Source of the DNA: Nemertoderma westbladi
Lineage: Eukaryota; Animalia; Xenacoelomorpha
Assembly (NCBI GenBank): GCA_032718475.1
Contig: JAUCBJ010001878.1
Location: forward strand, 1-39,402
Direction of reading: 5' to 3'
DNA: 39,402 bases
Positions 1 to 9,749 of the stretch are shown in pieces. The translations under genes were made by a program, and so were the position numbers. Numbering within the stretch: the stretch's first letter is position 1; each line of letters starts with the position of its first letter. The notes beneath the pieces are model-generated. The model had not been told where the DNA came from. It saw only the letters and a program-made list of their open reading frames with translations, and did no database searches.

Positions 1-1445
1 ACGAGTTTAATCGAAAAGCGACTCCGAGGTCTCGTTTCCAAAAGAATACCCCCCGAACAGTACGGCTTCAGTCCCGGGAAATCTACCTCAATGCCTCTAA
101 GTCAGTTTATTAATAAAATTCATAGCAATTTGTCATACCCTCGAAAACCATTGTACGCGGTTTATGTCGATTTCCGCAAAGCTTTTGATTCGGTCCCCAG
201 GTCTAAACTACTCTTAAAGTTATGGTTTGATTTTAATATTCGTGGTTCACTTTTTAACATCATTAAATCGATTTTAAGTCCTAATTATATAGTAATTTCA
301 GATGGCCTCCGTAATTCTAGAATTATAAAACAAGTGCGTGGGGTTTTACAAGGAGACAGCTTGAGCCCTTTCCTGTTCGTAATTTTTATTTACGATATTG
401 TGAAGTTTATACGTGATATTACCGTCAAGATTGGGGAATTATTTATATTATTATTTGCGGATGATTTGCTATTTTATGGCGACTCCCGTGAGGTAGTGCA
501 AGCTGGTTTAAATGCAACTGCTAATTGGGCCCGGGAAAACGGTCTTGAAGTAAATCTTACAAAGACTTCCGTAATGAAATTTAGGAGAGGTGGCCGACTG
601 TCCGCTCAGGATAAATTTTTCTACAACGGAAACGAGGTGAAAATAGAAAAGTCTTATAAATATTTGGGAGTCACATTTCAATCGTCCTTGAAATTCACAA
701 AGCACATAAATATAATAGTCTGCAAATCACTTTCCACAATACGGTCAATCCAGAAACCACATCTACTATCTATTAGCACAGCTAAAAAGCTTTTTTCCTT
801 AAAAGTAACACCGATAGTTATGTATGGACTTCGCGAAATTTGGCCTTTCTTGTCAGTCAACAACCTTCATAGTATCGATAAAATCCAAGCTGCTTTCCTC
901 AAAAGAGTACTTTCAGTTCACAAATCGTCTAGGAATCGGCTAGTTCACGCTCTCTGTGATTCGCGAAATCTTTCTATGGTACTTAAAGGTCAACTAAATT
1001 TAACAGACACGGATGTATTCAAAAAATACACCGCTGAAGTCGAAGACAAAACTCGTGAAATCCCAGTAGAGTTCTGGAACAGTATCGCGTTCATAAATCG
1101 CAGTTGGACAATCGCAAATTGTCGTAAGAGGCACACCATAACCCGCTTTGCTCTTCACGGTTTCCATTTCCGAATTTGTACATCCAGACCCACAGAATTT
1201 CATGAGGCGGGGAATGACTGTGTATGTAGTCTCTGCGGGAGGCCGGCGGACACGTACCATCTCCTTAGTTGCCCGAGCAACCACCACCCCCTTACGTACT
1301 GGGCCAACAAACTCTGATTTAAAATTGTTTTATAACTGTGTAAATATTTTATTATTTATGTATAGTATATTTGGATTTTACTGCTTGCTTGCTTAATGCT
1401 TATATAGTTTTACAATCGTACCATTATTTTGGTTTAATAAATAAC
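1..1445 (+). mobile_element. 3' part of a non-LTR retrotransposon (LINE) with RT and C-terminal Cys/His finger; 5' part lies outside the window
   Basis: Frame is open upstream of ORF 91..1317 (EQYGFSPGKST at ~55-87). RT motifs YVDFRKAFDSV, GVLQGDSLSPFLF, FADDL, YKYLG. C-terminal CSLC...H...C resembles RTE-X-type elements (clade uncertain). AT-rich 3' UTR ends near aataaataa (~1436-1445). Confidence 0.9.
91..1317 (+). CDS. LINE ORF2 reverse transcriptase, partial (true start upstream of window)
   Basis: 408-aa open frame with RT domains 3-7 and a C-terminal zinc-finger-like motif; no stops or frameshifts in this segment. Confidence 0.85.
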   Translation: MPLSQFINKIHSNLSYPRKPLYAVYVDFRKAFDSVPRSKLLLKLWFDFNIRGSLFNIIKSILSPNYIVISDGLRNSRIIKQVRGVLQGDSLSPFLFVIFIYDIVKFIRDITVKIGELFILLFADDLLFYGDSREVVQAGLNATANWARENGLEVNLTKTSVMKFRRGGRLSAQDKFFYNGNEVKIEKSYKYLGVTFQSSLKFTKHINIIVCKSLSTIRSIQKPHLLSISTAKKLFSLKVTPIVMYGLREIWPFLSVNNLHSIDKIQAAFLKRVLSVHKSSRNRLVHALCDSRNLSMVLKGQLNLTDTDVFKKYTAEVEDKTREIPVEFWNSIAFINRSWTIANCRKRHTITRFALHGFHFRICTSRPTEFHEAGNDCVCSLCGRPADTYHLLSCPSNHHPLTYWANKL

Positions 1446-1576
1446 AATTAATGGTTAAAATGCCAACGAGTGGAAAACTCAAGACACGAGGGCAGAAGAA
1501 CTGAATTTGCTAAAGAAAATGAGTGGAAAATAGTGTTTTCCGTTACGTTTTTATATCGAATATATTGTTTTATTTG

Positions 1577-1820
1577 AAAAAAATCAGTTAAAAAAATTAG
1601 TTAAAATTTATTTTCAGAAAAAAATTAGTTAAAAAAATAGTTTTTTAAACAAATTTTTCACAAAATTAGTTAAAAAAGCCTTTTTTTAAACTAATTTTCC
1701 AAAGAATTAGTTAAAAAAAAACGACTTTTTTAAACTAATTTTCTAGAAATTAGTGAGAAAAAGTTAGATTAATTAACACAATTTTAAAAATATTAGTGAG
1801 AAAAAGAGCCTTTTTCAAAT
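1577..1820. repeat. AT-rich tandem repeat of ~40-45-bp self-complementary units
   Basis: Repeated aaaattagttaaaaaa...ttttttaaactaatttt; each unit is an imperfect palindrome. Confidence 0.65.
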
Positions 1821-1959
1821 AAATATTATTTTATAATATTTTATATTATTATTTAAATTATTAAATATTATATTATTATTTCATATTTTATACCTGTTCC
1901 AGAATAAGTATTTATATAATAATTCAAATTTATCATTTTTGATTAACTATACTGGTTAT

Positions 1960-2045
1960 TTTTGAGACGTGAGGTTCAAGGGGGGGGGGGGGGGGGGGGG
2001 GTCGAAAATCTTCAAAAATAGCGTGACATCTTCCACGGCCCCTTA
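1960..2045. mobile_element. One end of a PIF/Harbinger-like MITE containing a poly-G tract
   Basis: G-run followed by gtcgaaaatcttcaaaaatagcgtgacatc...acggcccc-tta, resembling the TAAGGGGCCGT...GTCACGC termini of invertebrate Harbinger MITEs. The partner end is not seen. Confidence 0.45.
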
Positions 2046-2300
2046 TATGAGAATGCTGCGCCGGGTTCATTGTGTCAAGTACAAGATTTATGTGTTTCAT
2101 TAGTCTCACCTAACATGATACTTGAACGGAGCCGCCTCCGCTTTGCATGACATTGCTTTCGCCGTGAGGATCAGCCAGTGCATAATCTTGTGCTTTGGTG
2201 GCCTCTTGCGGTGAATAAGCATGGCGGACAGTTAATTACTTTCTTGAGACGCATAGTGAGCCTAATAGTGGCGGAATATTACAGCCGGCACAGAAATCTT
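2044..2300 (+). mobile_element. RTE-clade LINE, degraded 3' ORF fragment
   Basis: Translates as YMRMLRRV...RLRFA*HCFRREDQPVHNLVLW...HGGQ...FLRRI, the RTE C-terminus. Closely matches the reverse complement of ~38545-38800. Confidence 0.75.
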
Positions 2301-3540
2301 GTAATATCTATAATGCAGGCCGATAGTAGTTGTAGAAATTAGGGGGGGGGGGGGGGGGGGGGGTCAGTGACATTCGCTGCAGTGCTGCGAAGTAAATTTA
2401 AAATATATTTATTTATGCTAACCACAGGAATCAATAGATCTTGTATTTCTTTATATTTTAATAAAGCAACAAAATAAAAATTAAAGTTACGTTGGAGTAT
2501 AATAAAATATGAATTGAGTACAAAAGCCACAATTTACAAAGCACAATGGGTCGAAAATTGGATTAAAATAACTATATAGGTAGATGCAAAAATTAAATAA
2601 ACACGAAGAGAAAATAATATCACACAAATGATATAAAGTTACAGTTAAGAGTCATGGATCGACTTTATATGACTTTAATAATGTCTATAAATATTACTTT
2701 ATAAGTTTAATCATATTATTTTAAATTAATGCGATTAACGTTGAGTGTGGCACCAAAAAAGAATCTACAAGCTACGAACTACTAACTACACTGTCTGTAT
2801 ATATCAAGTCAAATAAATCTAACGACATTTAAGAAACCTAAATGCAACATCAATTCAAAGAAAAATAAGTCAACATAATAGGTTTCACGCCTTCGTAAAC
2901 ACTGTGCCGAAATCCGAAAGGTAAAATATAATAACACCTGCTTAACTTGTGTTATTGACTTAGTTATGTTTTATTTTTCTATAGGCCTTACCGTGGTTGA
3001 AATCTTGTAAGCCTGAATTTACAACCTACACAATGGCCTAAATATATAGAAGTAAGATTTTTTTATTCTGAAATTCTTTCACACGTCATGGTGGTGTAAT
3101 TGCGGAAATCCGATAAGAGAACATCCTGAAGATTTCGTACAATCTCATACTGTAAAGAGAACGCAATTTATTGTCCTTCCATTAAATCAACTATGGAAGA
3201 CTGACTATATTGACATTGAACCATAATTTGTACTTGAGATTACAAATATTTTTCAATAATATTGCAGATGATGGTAGTTTATTTTGTAATCTCAAACAAA
3301 GAGCAATGGAAAGGCGAATCTGCCTATAATAAACATGTTATTGAAACGTTAAAGGTTTTTAGACGAATTTCTTTAACAAAATTTACTTAATTGTTTGTTT
3401 CAGATGATAGGCCTGTATATTGAATAAAGCTTACCAGGGTCATATAGGATAATTATTTGACACAGATAATGCCCCATATCCAGCTTAGTTAATAGCTGCA
3501 ACTACAGTTGTTAGGAGTAACAGTTGTACGTACGGTAATC

Positions 3541-3932
3541 AATTGAAGGGCTGAGCATAAAAAGGTCCTAATGTGACATTTTCTTAGAATCAGAGTTATA
3601 CTCATATAGAGGTCCTATGAGACCTAACTTAACTTACCAATAAGGTTCTGAGATCATATGAACAATGCTGCCTGATATCCTGGAGTAAAATGGTCTTATG
3701 TACAGTAAAAATCGCATAGACATAAACAAAAAAGGTCTTATGTACAATAGTGCCTGATATATGCAAATCAATTTTGGAATTTTTTTTTTAAGTAAAGATT
3801 TTTAAGTGCATTTATGCATTTATTACTTGCATGCAAAAATACATGTGTGTAGGTAAAAAAAACGCAAAATTGTGATTAACTCAGAATGACACTTTTGTCA
3901 CATAGGACCTTTTTTTGCTCAGCCCTTCAATT
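3541..3932. mobile_element. MITE (~390 bp) with ~40-55-bp terminal inverted repeats and probable AATT target-site duplication
   Basis: Left aatt-gaagggctgagcataaaaaggtcctaatgtgaca; right tgtcacataggacctttttttgctcagcccttc-aatt. A 4-bp AWWT site is compatible with Sola-type elements (tentative). Confidence 0.8.
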
Positions 3933-5363
3933 ATTTATTTATAAAAAACAAACAAACAAGACTGACCTGCCAGTCGCGATGACTCACAAACCCCCAAGCC
4001 ACGAGATAACTTTTCAAAAAAACTTAACTTCCTGCCTTTTTTATTTTATACACAAATCACCGGTTGCTTACACCGGTTGCTAAAAATTTGTGAAAAGTAA
4101 AATAAAGAGATATTTAATATAATTCATAGGAGCATTTTGGGTATAATGACGGCGTAATATTGACATTTTTTAACAATAAATTATTTGTTCTTCAATTGGT
4201 CTATTGGTCAATATTCCATTGGTCAACCTGCGCCAAACTAAACGATATTTCTCAACATAAGTAAGTTTGGAATACAGATGCAGACCGGAGAGTGATGGGA
4301 AAGCAGAATTTTGCAATTTGGTCGTGAACTATACGTTTACTCTTCGTATAATTTGCACTTATGAATACGTCGATATGGACACGTTCGCATATATTTTGAA
4401 GTCGATAGCCTTCACACACAGCACGGTTACAAAAATACTAAATTCTCGTCTTCCCACTCCACCCATTACCTCATGTACCTAAATTAAGACACAAGATTAT
4501 ATTGATCACTATGTGTTGACTAAGCCTTTACATAAAAAAAGACCAATGAATTGGTTCCTAAATTCAATGCCTATTTCCATACGATCGGTATTAATACATA
4601 CGGATTGCCAAAAATGTTACACCGTTAGCTCAGAATTAGAATCAACAGAACCTACAATAATTGAAATACATAAGTTACAATATAATATTTATTTAACACA
4701 GACATACAAACAGACATACAAACGGTATTCATTTTGTTATAGACGTAAATATATTTATATTGGCACAATACCACAAGAGTAACTCTATATTCCTCAAAGA
4801 TTATATATAAAAACATTATATATAAAATGTACAAGGGCAATATGGATTGATGACATTTAAACAATAATGACGTCATAAAGTTTTAAATCATTTTCGATAA
4901 AAAATATTTGCAACAAATTTATCTCAGAACCGCCAAAGCATAAATATATTTAATTTACAAAACATTTCACTTATACTATATCACAATTTACACAAGGTTG
5001 CACTATGTGGTCACTCTAACTCTAAACTCATCCATGCTATTTATAACCCAAGTTTCAGATCATTGATTTCGATAAAAAATCCTGCTAAATTTCATAAGAA
5101 TGTCAGCACCTGGTATCCATATCCACTGGTTGAAAAAATACGGTTTGTCAACGTTTACAACTCCACGGGAATTCGCGAAAGATGCGCTGATAAATTGAGT
5201 TTCATTGGAAGATCATAACGTTGTAAGAAGATGACAACGAACACAACGCGGTAATATGGATTGAACGTAACAATAAACATTCATTGTTCATTTGATTTGA
5301 ACACAAAAATCAAATGCGAAAAATTATAAAAAACAACCTTAATATGTCCGACAAATCTTAATG

Positions 5364-5698
5364 ATTCACCTCCCTCCTCCTCACTGGGTGAGTCAGAATT
5401 TGTATTTTCACTTTCATTCTTTAGCTACAAGAATTTGAAAAAGGTGCCTACGTCAATATTGCACAAGTTACACCATAGTGATTTGTTGGTATCGATGGAA
5501 AGCTGGCCATGCAATATGTAAACACTTGTTTTAGTCAAAACTAAAAAATGTAACATTTGAATTTGGTTGGGAAATAGTTTCTAATGTGACATCATTATCA
5601 ACAGATTGGTGCCAATCGGTGAAGACTCCTTTTTCAAACGCTTGTTGCCAAAGCAAGCAAAAATAATAATTAAGACTCACCCGGAAAAGAGGGGGAAT
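5364..5698. mobile_element. Internally deleted copy of a fold-back MITE family (same family as 11934-12600)
   Basis: Shares cacctccctc...ctgggtgagtcagaattt...ctttcattctttagctacaag, gatggaaagctg and gaatttggttgggaaata with 11934-12150. The right end (tttttcaaacgcttgt...gactcaccc) is the inverted counterpart of the left. Confidence 0.75.
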
Positions 5699-5968
5699 CT
5701 TCGTTCTCTATTGTTAGTTCTAGTTGTATTGTCTTCTGACGACAATTATGATTAGGATTAGGGTTCATCGCACCAAATTACCGATTTGTCGGGCTATGAC
5801 AAAGATACCAATAACCAATGACAACTCCTGAAATATTGGAATTTTAGTCCCACTTATCATCTGGTTCCTATGATTTGAGATTTGTGACATCACAAAACAA
5901 CAACTAACAACATTTTTCATATACATATTACATTATTATATACAATTAGGAAGTAGCAACTGGGAAAA

Positions 5969-8900
5969 CTAGAACCCATATAAGGCTACACATACTTTAC
6001 AATATAGATCACCATCAGTGGTGGTCGATAGCTTGCAATAGCTGCAGGGTTTGCGCTTAGTAAGTCGAGCTGAAGGGGATGAATAGGAGTAAGTAGGAGT
6101 CAACCAGGAGGGGCCCCCTCCTGGTTTAGAGTATAGGTGCTGAGGGGGGTAGTAGGGTGTGGGCCCGTTGCTGAGGGACCTGGGCTCCGGGGCCACACTC
6201 CGGTCCCCGTACAACCGACTGTCCCAGTTCCCGTAACGACCGTAGTAAACCGACCCGGGAGGGGAGGTACTCAGTGAACGCGGCAACTCCCGACTGCGCA
6301 CAGGTCGTCCTTGGGCCAACCGAGTCTGCTGTCGGTAAAGTTCCTGCGTCCGACGCGACATGTCGTTGCGTTGCAGCGTCGTCGCGTACCGCAGAACATC
6401 GTCTTCATCCTCCTCATCCAACAACGAGTCCTCGTAGTTTTCCCGCGACAGTTTCACGAGGTTACGTCGTCGCAACACGGCCGTCTGGTGGCGGGCGTCC
6501 GCGAATTCAACTGAGTTTCGGTCCTCCCGCAACTGGGCCAGTTGTATCGCGGTTTGGAAGACTGACACCGCTTTGCTACAGACCTCGATCGCTTCGTAAA
6601 AGCGTTTACAACCCTCTAAACGTTTAGTTTCGCTGAATAAACTCTGCCCTTTATCTATCACTTCCAAAAACGTTGCATCCGGATGTAACGACAGTGACAA
6701 GAGATGTTCCTCTAGCAAGAGTTCTTTCGTTGTTTTCCCACGGTCGTTCACAGTTTCCCTCCTATCTCCTCTAACTATTAGTTTCTTCCCAATATCTCCC
6801 CTGTCATACAATTGAACATTTTGCCTTAAATCGTGCCGTTCTCCTACTTTATCCATCTCACCTCCCAGTCGGGATATTGGAGACCCTTTGTATTTCCCTC
6901 CACTTCCCTCTCCATGCGTCCCATTGTATTTCTCCCCACTTTCCCCTCCATGAGTCCCATTGTATTTCTCCCCACTTTCCCCTCCATGAGTCCCATTGTA
7001 ATTCGCCCCACTTTCCCCCTTGTCGAGGGGGAACCTCCACGCCTTACTATCGTCATCTATGGTGCCCCCCGAGCTGAATCTATCCTCGCTCTTGTACCCG
7101 GAGTCGATGTTGGAGCAGTCGTCTGGGATGGCTACGGTTAGGGGCTCCGAGATACCGCAGCGTTCTAGAACACGTAGTATCTCATGGGGGAGTGAGGCAT
7201 GTGGGTTGGTGGGGATGGGAGGGGAAGACCGACTTGGGTGCGAGCCACGCGGGTTGACGGGGATGGGAGGAGAAGACCGACGTGGGTGCGAGCCATGCGG
7301 GTTGGCAGGGATGGGAGGAGAAGACCGACGTGGGTGCGAGCCACGCGGGTTGGTGGGGATGGGAGGAGAAGACCGACGTGGGTGCGAGCCATGCGGGTTG
7401 GCGGGGATGGGAGGAGAAGACCGACGTGGGTGCGAGCCATGCGGGTTGGCGGGGATGGGAGGAGAAGACCGACGTGGGTGCGAGCCACGGGGGTTGGTGG
7501 GGATGGTTGGGGACCGGGAAGCCCCACTGGAAGCCCGGCCGTTGTCCAGAGTATCGGGAAGACTCTTCGATAAAGGGGATTCCCCCTCCAGCGTCCGGGA
7601 GTGGTCACTCCCCTCGGAGTCGGACGGATCATCCAACGGGTCCCGTCCATAGATCCGCTTGTCGTACACCGGCCGGACCCGGTCTGTCGGGGGTTCCATT
7701 GTTGGTGCCTGTGTCCGAGACTCCCGCAGTCCGGTAGACTTCACCAACTCCGGTCCGATGGCTTCCGGCTGATTCGGACGAGCGAAGTTGTTCCGACTCG
7801 CCGTATACTGCCGGTAATCGTCATCCTTCGAGACGCCGGAAGGTGATAAACGAATCTTCGGTAACCGAAAGAAGAACGAACCCCTGCGGTTGAGTTTCGG
7901 AAGAGAAAACCGTGGGTTTTTTATTACCGAAACTTTTGTAGTGGCTCCCAAAGTCGCCGATTTCGGTTTTCCTTTCAGTCGGAATAAACTGGAAGACGAG
8001 TTGCTGCGGGTCTCAGAGTCCGAAACCGATTGAACTGGAGATTCGGAACGTCTCACCGCCGATCCACCGCTGCGCCATGGAGGTTTCTTGGCGTCAACCT
8101 TATGTAAGGGTGTAACACTGCCCCCTCGGCCCACGTTGCCACCTCGACCCACATTGCCCCCTCGACCCACATTGCTCCCTCGGCCCACGTTGCCCCCTCG
8201 ACCCACGTTGCCCCCCCGCGCCCCACTTCCCCCTGCACTGGAGCCGCGCCGCGGCGGTCGGTTGGACTGCGTGTCGGCGTCGGGAGCGTGGCTCACGTCG
8301 AGCTCCGCGGGGTCCGGATTCGCGAAGATTAACAATAGCGGTTGGTAGTGCGACAACGAGCAGATGGATAGCACATCGTCGAGACTATTCCCTATATCGC
8401 GAACCTTCTCATCATCAAACAGAATCCAAACTTGTCGCTTTGCGTGGAAGAAGAATGTTGAGTAATGTTTCCCGTAGTAAGTAACTATACCTACTAATGG
8501 AATCGATGGAACAACCGAATCCGATGACTCCGTAAACATATCCTGCAGGTCGAGATACGGGGTTAGTGTATCGAGGAAACATTGGATGGTCGCGATCTCA
8601 GATTCGTCGGAATCCCATATCAACCCAACTGTCACAACGTCCGGGCTGTTAACCAACGCGAATGACTTCCGCAACGTGCGGCGACATTCGGAGCACGCTC
8701 GTTCGTCCCCGTTGCTACGACTCAGTCGCACGAGCGTCGCGAAACTCTCGCATCTATTACTCGCGCAGCTGGTTTGCGCTACGGCGCAGAGTGAGCTGAT
8801 GGACACGTAATGGACGATCTGAGTGTATGGGAGCGGGTTGGATAGGTAACCGCATCGATTGTTGTCACACAACTCCTGATCGACAACCATCATAGAGAAC

Positions 8901-9328
8901 CTGCAGTGGGACAGACAGTGTGGTGCCATGCACGTATTATCCGGCTGATCCCACGCCAGGTTCTCGTGGAGACGTTCCAGAATGTTCTCGAAGCATTCGG
9001 CGGCGTCGTCCATCAACCCCATCTGGAAGCGCTGTTGGTTGCGGAAGGTCTCCGCCAGTGCTATTCGCAAAGCGTCCGGGGGTAGCGCTTTGTCTTCGCT
9101 ATGTTTGAACTGCGTAAAAATTACTTTTAGCGCGCAGAAGATACAAGCGTCGCCGAAACATCGGTGGTGCTGGATCCTGCGGAAGGATCGGCGGAAAACA
9201 TCGAGATGCCAAAATACCTGGACTGCGCTGTTTAGGAAACAGTTGTTCTCGCCAGGTTTATTGAATAAGCCTTTGGAAGGTACAACAATACTCCCTCGAT
9301 GGTGGTCGTAATTAAACCTATCAGCCAT
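5969..9328 (-). CDS. USP54: USP53/USP54-family (echinus-like) ubiquitin carboxyl-terminal hydrolase, 1119 aa, single-exon CDS
   Basis: N-terminal USP domain KGLFNKPGENNCFLNSAVQVFWHLDVFRRSFR, QRFQMGLMDDAAECFENIL, GIVTYYGKHYSTFFFH, WILFDD. Long low-complexity middle; helical MIT-like segment (EAIEVCSKAVSVF...RRRNL); terminal CxxC...CxxC. Symbol is family-level (likely USP53/54 co-ortholog). Confidence 0.92.
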   Translation of the reverse strand: MADRFNYDHHRGSIVVPSKGLFNKPGENNCFLNSAVQVFWHLDVFRRSFRRIQHHRCFGDACIFCALKVIFTQFKHSEDKALPPDALRIALAETFRNQQRFQMGLMDDAAECFENILERLHENLAWDQPDNTCMAPHCLSHCRFSMMVVDQELCDNNRCGYLSNPLPYTQIVHYVSISSLCAVAQTSCASNRCESFATLVRLSRSNGDERACSECRRTLRKSFALVNSPDVVTVGLIWDSDESEIATIQCFLDTLTPYLDLQDMFTESSDSVVPSIPLVGIVTYYGKHYSTFFFHAKRQVWILFDDEKVRDIGNSLDDVLSICSLSHYQPLLLIFANPDPAELDVSHAPDADTQSNRPPRRGSSAGGSGARGGNVGRGGNVGRGSNVGRGGNVGRGGNVGRGGSVTPLHKVDAKKPPWRSGGSAVRRSESPVQSVSDSETRSNSSSSLFRLKGKPKSATLGATTKVSVIKNPRFSLPKLNRRGSFFFRLPKIRLSPSGVSKDDDYRQYTASRNNFARPNQPEAIGPELVKSTGLRESRTQAPTMEPPTDRVRPVYDKRIYGRDPLDDPSDSEGSDHSRTLEGESPLSKSLPDTLDNGRASSGASRSPTIPTNPRGSHPRRSSPPIPANPHGSHPRRSSPPIPANPHGSHPRRSSPPIPTNPRGSHPRRSSPPIPANPHGSHPRRSSPPIPVNPRGSHPSRSSPPIPTNPHASLPHEILRVLERCGISEPLTVAIPDDCSNIDSGYKSEDRFSSGGTIDDDSKAWRFPLDKGESGANYNGTHGGESGEKYNGTHGGESGEKYNGTHGEGSGGKYKGSPISRLGGEMDKVGERHDLRQNVQLYDRGDIGKKLIVRGDRRETVNDRGKTTKELLLEEHLLSLSLHPDATFLEVIDKGQSLFSETKRLEGCKRFYEAIEVCSKAVSVFQTAIQLAQLREDRNSVEFADARHQTAVLRRRNLVKLSRENYEDSLLDEEDEDDVLRYATTLQRNDMSRRTQELYRQQTRLAQGRPVRSRELPRSLSTSPPGSVYYGRYGNWDSRLYGDRSVAPEPRSLSNGPTPYYPPQHLYSKPGGGPSWLTPTYSYSSPSARLTKRKPCSYCKLSTTTDGDLYCKVCVALYGF
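6885..7020 (-). repeat. Coding tandem repeat, 36 bp x ~3.5 (GESGEKYNGTHG)
   Basis: Repeated cccattgtatttctccccactttcccctccatgagt on +; in frame in the USP ORF. Confidence 0.85.
7197..7515 (-). repeat. Coding tandem repeat, 48 bp x ~6.5 (ANPHGSHPRRSSPPIP)
   Basis: Near-identical units ggggatgggaggagaagaccgacgtgggtgcgagccatgcgggttggc on +. Confidence 0.92.
8118..8228 (-). repeat. Coding tandem repeat, 18 bp x ~6 (GGNVGR)
   Basis: Repeated cccacgttgccccctcga on +, giving an RGG-like tract just after the USP domain. Confidence 0.85.
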
Positions 9329-9749
9329 TTTTCTTTATTTAGCCATTTTCACAACACAAAACTGTAAACAGACAAACACAGACTGACAGAGACATTCTAA
9401 CATGACAGCATGATCATGATTTTCATGATGGCATAAAAAGCTACCGTAGTTAGTTGTCTAGTGGACCGGTCTGGTAGCAGCAGCTGCAGCAGCCAAACTC
9501 CCAGTGCCAAGAGGCGTAGCGAGGGAGGGGGACTTTCCCCCGGCAGATCGCGCGCACTCACCCAGGGGCGCTGAAATTTCAAGGAAATAGAAAAAATTGC
9601 ACAAATCAGTGAAAAGTTAGGGACAGGTGTAGCTATATAGCAATATAGCTACAGAACATAGGCCTATGTCTATGTCATAAAGCGAAAATATGGAATAATT
9701 TTTTCTGCTTGCTTCGCTCGCCACTCAATATACACCATGTCCTGGAATA

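Noticed and set aside
6274-9311. Antisense and alternate-frame ORFs over the USP gene
   Set aside because: Shadows of a GC-rich, repeat-containing CDS with no recognisable domains.
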